Below, piece after piece: positions 60,459-64,000 of a stretch of 64,000 nt of DNA. Position numbers and translations under genes: made by a program. The DNA lies in assembly GCA_047606265.1 (NCBI GenBank), contig JASGEQ010000007.1:48941-112940 (forward strand), in the 5' to 3' direction. Numbering within the stretch: position 1 is the stretch's first letter; each line of letters starts with the position of its first letter. The notes beneath the pieces are model-generated. The model made no database searches. It was not told the origin of the DNA and saw nothing but the letters and a program-made list of their open reading frames with translations. This stretch comes from Dysgonomonas sp. (GTDB taxonomy: Bacteria; Bacteroidota; Bacteroidia; Bacteroidales; Dysgonomonadaceae).

Positions 60459-62033
60459 ATGAATAGCGAACTTATAGTCGATGTTCAAGCGAACGAGGTA
60501 TCAATTGCAGTACTTGAAAACAAAAAGCTTGTAGAGCTGCAAAAAGAAGGAAGAGATGCATCGTTTGCCGTTGGAAACATCTATGCGGGCAAAGTCAAAA
60601 AATTGATGCCCGGACTGAATGCTGCTTTTGTAGATATTGGATACAAAAAGGACGCTTTTCTTCACTATTTAGATCTTGGTGCTCAATTCAAATCTGTCGA
60701 TAAGTTTTACAAACAGGCACTCGCTGAAAAGAAAAAATTCCCCAACATCTCTAAAATGAGACTTGAGCCGGATATCAACAAAGATGGCTCTATCAGCGAT
60801 ATTTTAAAACCGGGACAAGAGATCTTGGTGCAAATAGCCAAAGAACCTATCTCGACAAAAGGCCCCCGCCTTACATCCGAATTGTCTCTAGCAGGGCGAT
60901 TCCTCGTTGTTATTCCATTCAATGATAAAGTTTCTGTATCCCAGAAAATAAAATCAAAAGAGGAACGTGCCCGCCTGCGACAACTCATCCAAAGTATAAA
61001 ACCGAAGAACTTCGGTGTGATTGTACGTACAGTGGCTGAAGGGAAGAAAGTAGCCGATCTGGATACCGAACTCAAAACACTGGTAAAACGATGGGAAGAT
61101 AATCTTCCGAAAATACAAAAAAACAAACTGCCTACTCTTGTTTTTGAAGAGACAGGCCGCACAGTTGCCCTTCTGCGCGACGTATTCAACCCCAGTTTTC
61201 AGGAAATACATGTTAATGATCTGGATATTTGCAACCAGATAAAAGATTACATATCATTTATTGCTCCTGACAAAAAAAATATAGTAAAGCTTTACGATGG
61301 AGAATTACCTATTTTCGACAATTTCTCTGTAACAAAACAAATAAAAGCTCTCTTTGGCAAGACTGTTACATTCCGAAACGGAGCTTACTTGATTATAGAA
61401 CATACAGAGGCCCTTCATGTCATTGACGTGAACAGTGGCAACAGGTCGAAAAACCCGGAAGCAGGACAAGAAAATAATGCATGGGAAGTAAATTCCGCAG
61501 CAGCAGAAGAAATAGCTAGACAATTAAGATTACGTGATATGGGAGGAATCATCGTAATCGATTTTATTGACATGACTGAAGGAGAGCACCGCAGTCAGTT
61601 AATGACCAGAGTACAAGAATTAATGGCTCAAGACCGTGCAAAGCACAATATATTGCCATTAAGTAAATTCGGATTGATGCAGATCACCCGTCAACGAGTT
61701 CGCCCTGAAATGGAAATTTCGACCACAGAAATATGCCCAAATTGTTTTGGAAAGGGAGAAATAAGACCATCGATATTATTCACGGACACCTTGCGGATGA
61801 AAATCAGTTATCTGGTAAAAGATCTGAATGTGAAAAAGTTTACCCTGCACGTACATCCATATGTTGCAGCATTTATCAATGAAGGATTAATCTCTTTGAA
61901 ATGGAGATGGAGATGGCGCTATGGGTCTGGAGTTAAGATCGTACCAAATCAGAATCTGGCTCTACTGGAATACCATTTCTATGACAATAATGGAGAGGAA
62001 ATCGACATGAAACAGGAATTTGAGATAAAATAA
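60459..62033 (+). CDS. rng: Rne/Rng family ribonuclease (RNase G-like)
   Basis: GNIYAGKVK..LNAAFVDIG, IDVNSG, RLRDMGGIIVIDFIDM, CPNCFGKG. Confidence 0.95.
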   Translation: MNSELIVDVQANEVSIAVLENKKLVELQKEGRDASFAVGNIYAGKVKKLMPGLNAAFVDIGYKKDAFLHYLDLGAQFKSVDKFYKQALAEKKKFPNISKMRLEPDINKDGSISDILKPGQEILVQIAKEPISTKGPRLTSELSLAGRFLVVIPFNDKVSVSQKIKSKEERARLRQLIQSIKPKNFGVIVRTVAEGKKVADLDTELKTLVKRWEDNLPKIQKNKLPTLVFEETGRTVALLRDVFNPSFQEIHVNDLDICNQIKDYISFIAPDKKNIVKLYDGELPIFDNFSVTKQIKALFGKTVTFRNGAYLIIEHTEALHVIDVNSGNRSKNPEAGQENNAWEVNSAAAEEIARQLRLRDMGGIIVIDFIDMTEGEHRSQLMTRVQELMAQDRAKHNILPLSKFGLMQITRQRVRPEMEISTTEICPNCFGKGEIRPSILFTDTLRMKISYLVKDLNVKKFTLHVHPYVAAFINEGLISLKWRWRWRYGSGVKIVPNQNLALLEYHFYDNNGEEIDMKQEFEIK

Positions 62034-62052
62034 AAACTCAAAGAATAATACC

Positions 62053-62082
62053 AAAGAGGAACTGTAACGGTTCCTCTTTTTT
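62053..62082 (+). terminator. Intrinsic terminator after rng
   Basis: AAAGAGGAAC-7 nt-GTTCCTCTTT-TTT. Confidence 0.88.
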
Positions 62083-62189
62083 CGTTATATAACCTCAATC
62101 ATTATTACTACACTACGCAAAAACAAAATATTAATATAAAATTAATTCGACACAACAAATGATCAGGTACTCTTGCTTAGAAAAATCAT

Positions 62190-62197
62190 TAACTTTG
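62190..62197 (+). promoter_or_regulatory. -7 promoter box for the patatin gene
   Basis: TAACTTTG, 27 nt upstream of ATG. Confidence 0.65.
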
Positions 62198-62224
62198 TAT
62201 CATCGCATGTAAGTCTCACAAATA

Positions 62225-63028
62225 ATGAGCCAAACAAAAAATATATATAAATTGGGGATCGCTCTTAGCGGTGGCGGAGCAAAAGGTTTTGCACATCTGG
62301 GAGCTTTACAGGCTTTAAACGAAAAAGGACTATACCCGGAGGTCATATCAGGCACTAGTGCGGGAGCTTTTGCCGGTGTTTTGTATGCTGATGGATATGC
62401 CCCTAAGGAAATCTTATCTTTTTTTCAGAAAAAAGTTTTCAGAGAGTTTGCCGAATTTACAATTCCTCACGGAGGCTTCTTCAAGAGTGACGGATTTCGC
62501 TCTTTCCTCAAAAAACATCTGAGAGCTAAAACCTTTGAGGAACTTCAAACTCCTTTGTTTGCACTGACTACAGATATAGAATACGGTGAGAGTAAGGCCT
62601 TTTCATCAGGCCCGCTCATTCCGGCAGTTATTGCATCATGTTCTGTTCCCATCATTTTCAGACCTGTTGAAATAAATAAACGATTTTATGTGGATGGCGG
62701 ATTATTCAAAAACTTTCCGGTATCGACCATACGCCGTGAATGTGACAAAATTATAGGTATAAATGTCAGTCCATTGATGAGAGCGGAGTTTAGAAGCTCG
62801 ATCAAATATATAGCTGAAAGATCATTCCACTACATGTCCGTTTCAAATACTTTGCTTGACCGCAACTTATGTGATTATCTGATTGAGTCGGACGCTCTAT
62901 TCAAGTATTCAATGTTTGATCTCGAGCATGTGGAAGAAATTTACCAAACAGGACACGAACTCACTATAAAATTTTTCGAAGAGAATAAAGATAGCCTAAT
63001 AAAAGATTTTCCGTATATTACTACTTGA
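62225..63028 (+). CDS. Patatin-like phospholipase
   Basis: GGGAKG, GTSAG, DGG motifs. Confidence 0.92.
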   Translation: MSQTKNIYKLGIALSGGGAKGFAHLGALQALNEKGLYPEVISGTSAGAFAGVLYADGYAPKEILSFFQKKVFREFAEFTIPHGGFFKSDGFRSFLKKHLRAKTFEELQTPLFALTTDIEYGESKAFSSGPLIPAVIASCSVPIIFRPVEINKRFYVDGGLFKNFPVSTIRRECDKIIGINVSPLMRAEFRSSIKYIAERSFHYMSVSNTLLDRNLCDYLIESDALFKYSMFDLEHVEEIYQTGHELTIKFFEENKDSLIKDFPYITT

Positions 63029-63051
63029 TTATAAAACAAAACTCACACAGT

Positions 63052-64000
63052 ATGCAAGAAAAGATATTTATCTACCAAGTAATTCCCAGATTATTCGGCA
63101 ATAACAAAAGCTTAAATAAAGAAAATGGGACGTTGGAAGAAAACGGTGTTGGTAAGTTCTCAGATTTCAACGATAAAGCCTTGAAGGAAATCAAAAAAAT
63201 GGGATTTACACATATCTGGTACACAGGAGTATTAGAACATGCATCTAAGACGGATTACTCTTCATACGGTCTATCTAAAGACAATCCTGATGTAGTGAAA
63301 GGAAATGCCGGATCACCCTATGCTATCCGCGATTATTACGACGTAACCCCTGATCTGGCCGACTCGGTTGAAAACAGAATGCAAGAGTTTGAAGCAATGA
63401 TAGAACGAACACACAAGAATGGGATGAAAGTAATTATTGACTTTGTTCCTAACCATGTCGCCCGTCAATATCATTCAGACGCAAAGCCCAAAAAGGTTCA
63501 AGACTTGGGTGCAGATGATAATACAAGCTTGGCATTCGATCCCGACAATAATTTCTACTATCTTCCTAACCAAAAACTGGAACTTCCATTTATTCAAGGG
63601 AGCTCATACATCGAATTTCCGGCCAAGGTAACAGGTAATGACTGTTTCAACAATCAGCCTTCGATAAATGACTGGTACGAAACAGTAAAGCTAAACTATG
63701 GTGTAGACTATAGTAAAGGCAAAGTAAATTGCTTCACGCCTGTACCCGACACATGGTTAAAAATGAGGGATATTTTGATATACTGGACATCAAAAGGGAT
63801 AGACGGATTCCGCTGCGACATGGCTGAAATGGTACCGGTAGAGTTTTGGAATTGGGTTATACCAAAGGTTAAAGCTAAACATAAGCCTCTTCTTTTTATT
63901 GCCGAAGTATACAACCCTGCTATGTACAACAACTATGTATATTGGGGTTTGTTCGATTATCTGTATGACAAAGTTGACTTATACGATACCCTCCGTGATG
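63052..64000 (+). CDS. GH13 alpha-amylase-family enzyme, 5' part (runs off window)
   Basis: Read by hand from ATG 63052: MQEKIFIYQVIPRLFGN...GSPYAIRDYY...DFVPNHV...GFRCDMAEMVP; absent from the ORF track. Confidence 0.88.
   Translation, partial: MQEKIFIYQVIPRLFGNNKSLNKENGTLEENGVGKFSDFNDKALKEIKKMGFTHIWYTGVLEHASKTDYSSYGLSKDNPDVVKGNAGSPYAIRDYYDVTPDLADSVENRMQEFEAMIERTHKNGMKVIIDFVPNHVARQYHSDAKPKKVQDLGADDNTSLAFDPDNNFYYLPNQKLELPFIQGSSYIEFPAKVTGNDCFNNQPSINDWYETVKLNYGVDYSKGKVNCFTPVPDTWLKMRDILIYWTSKGIDGFRCDMAEMVPVEFWNWVIPKVKAKHKPLLFIAEVYNPAMYNNYVYWGLFDYLYDKVDLYDTLRD

Noticed and set aside
1-64000. tRNA/rRNA genes, IS elements, prophage or defence genes
   Set aside because: None recognised by eye in intergenic regions or ORFs; tRNAscan, Infernal and HMM searches would be needed to exclude divergent cases

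Overview
Chromosomal window from a Bacteroidales bacterium; gene content and TAnnTTTG promoter boxes are consistent with a Dysgonomonas-like organism (inference). (1) 1-10.8 kb: 3' part of a pectin/homogalacturonan PUL (susC end, susD, DUF4957/DUF5123 lipoprotein, GH28, GH105, PL1, CE8, CE12). (2) 11.9-25.8 kb, minus strand: a second PUL of unknown substrate (susC, susD, PKD/CBM9-like lipoprotein, DUF4874/DUF4832 lipoprotein, HTCS, MYORG-like GH31, HGSNAT/NagX-like membrane acetyltransferase). (3) 26-31 kb: metallophosphoesterase, SusD-less TonB receptor and DUF3471-like gene, whose two promoters share Pho-box-like 11-bp repeats. (4) Housekeeping genes: leuS-yitT-GT39, GltD/NfnA-like oxidoreductase, pepP, ssb, gldD, mscS. 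(5) ECF sigma / dual-membrane-spanning anti-sigma / NigD-like trio, and exbBD without tonB. (6) 11-subunit nuo operon lacking nuoEFG, with a heptamer-repeat hairpin between nuoL and nuoM. (7) GtrB-like GT2, mutY, HU, a 30-aa bS22-like ORF missing from the ORF track, rng, patatin and a partial GH13. No tRNA, rRNA, CRISPR array or transposase was recognised. Family calls rest on motif recognition, not database searches.
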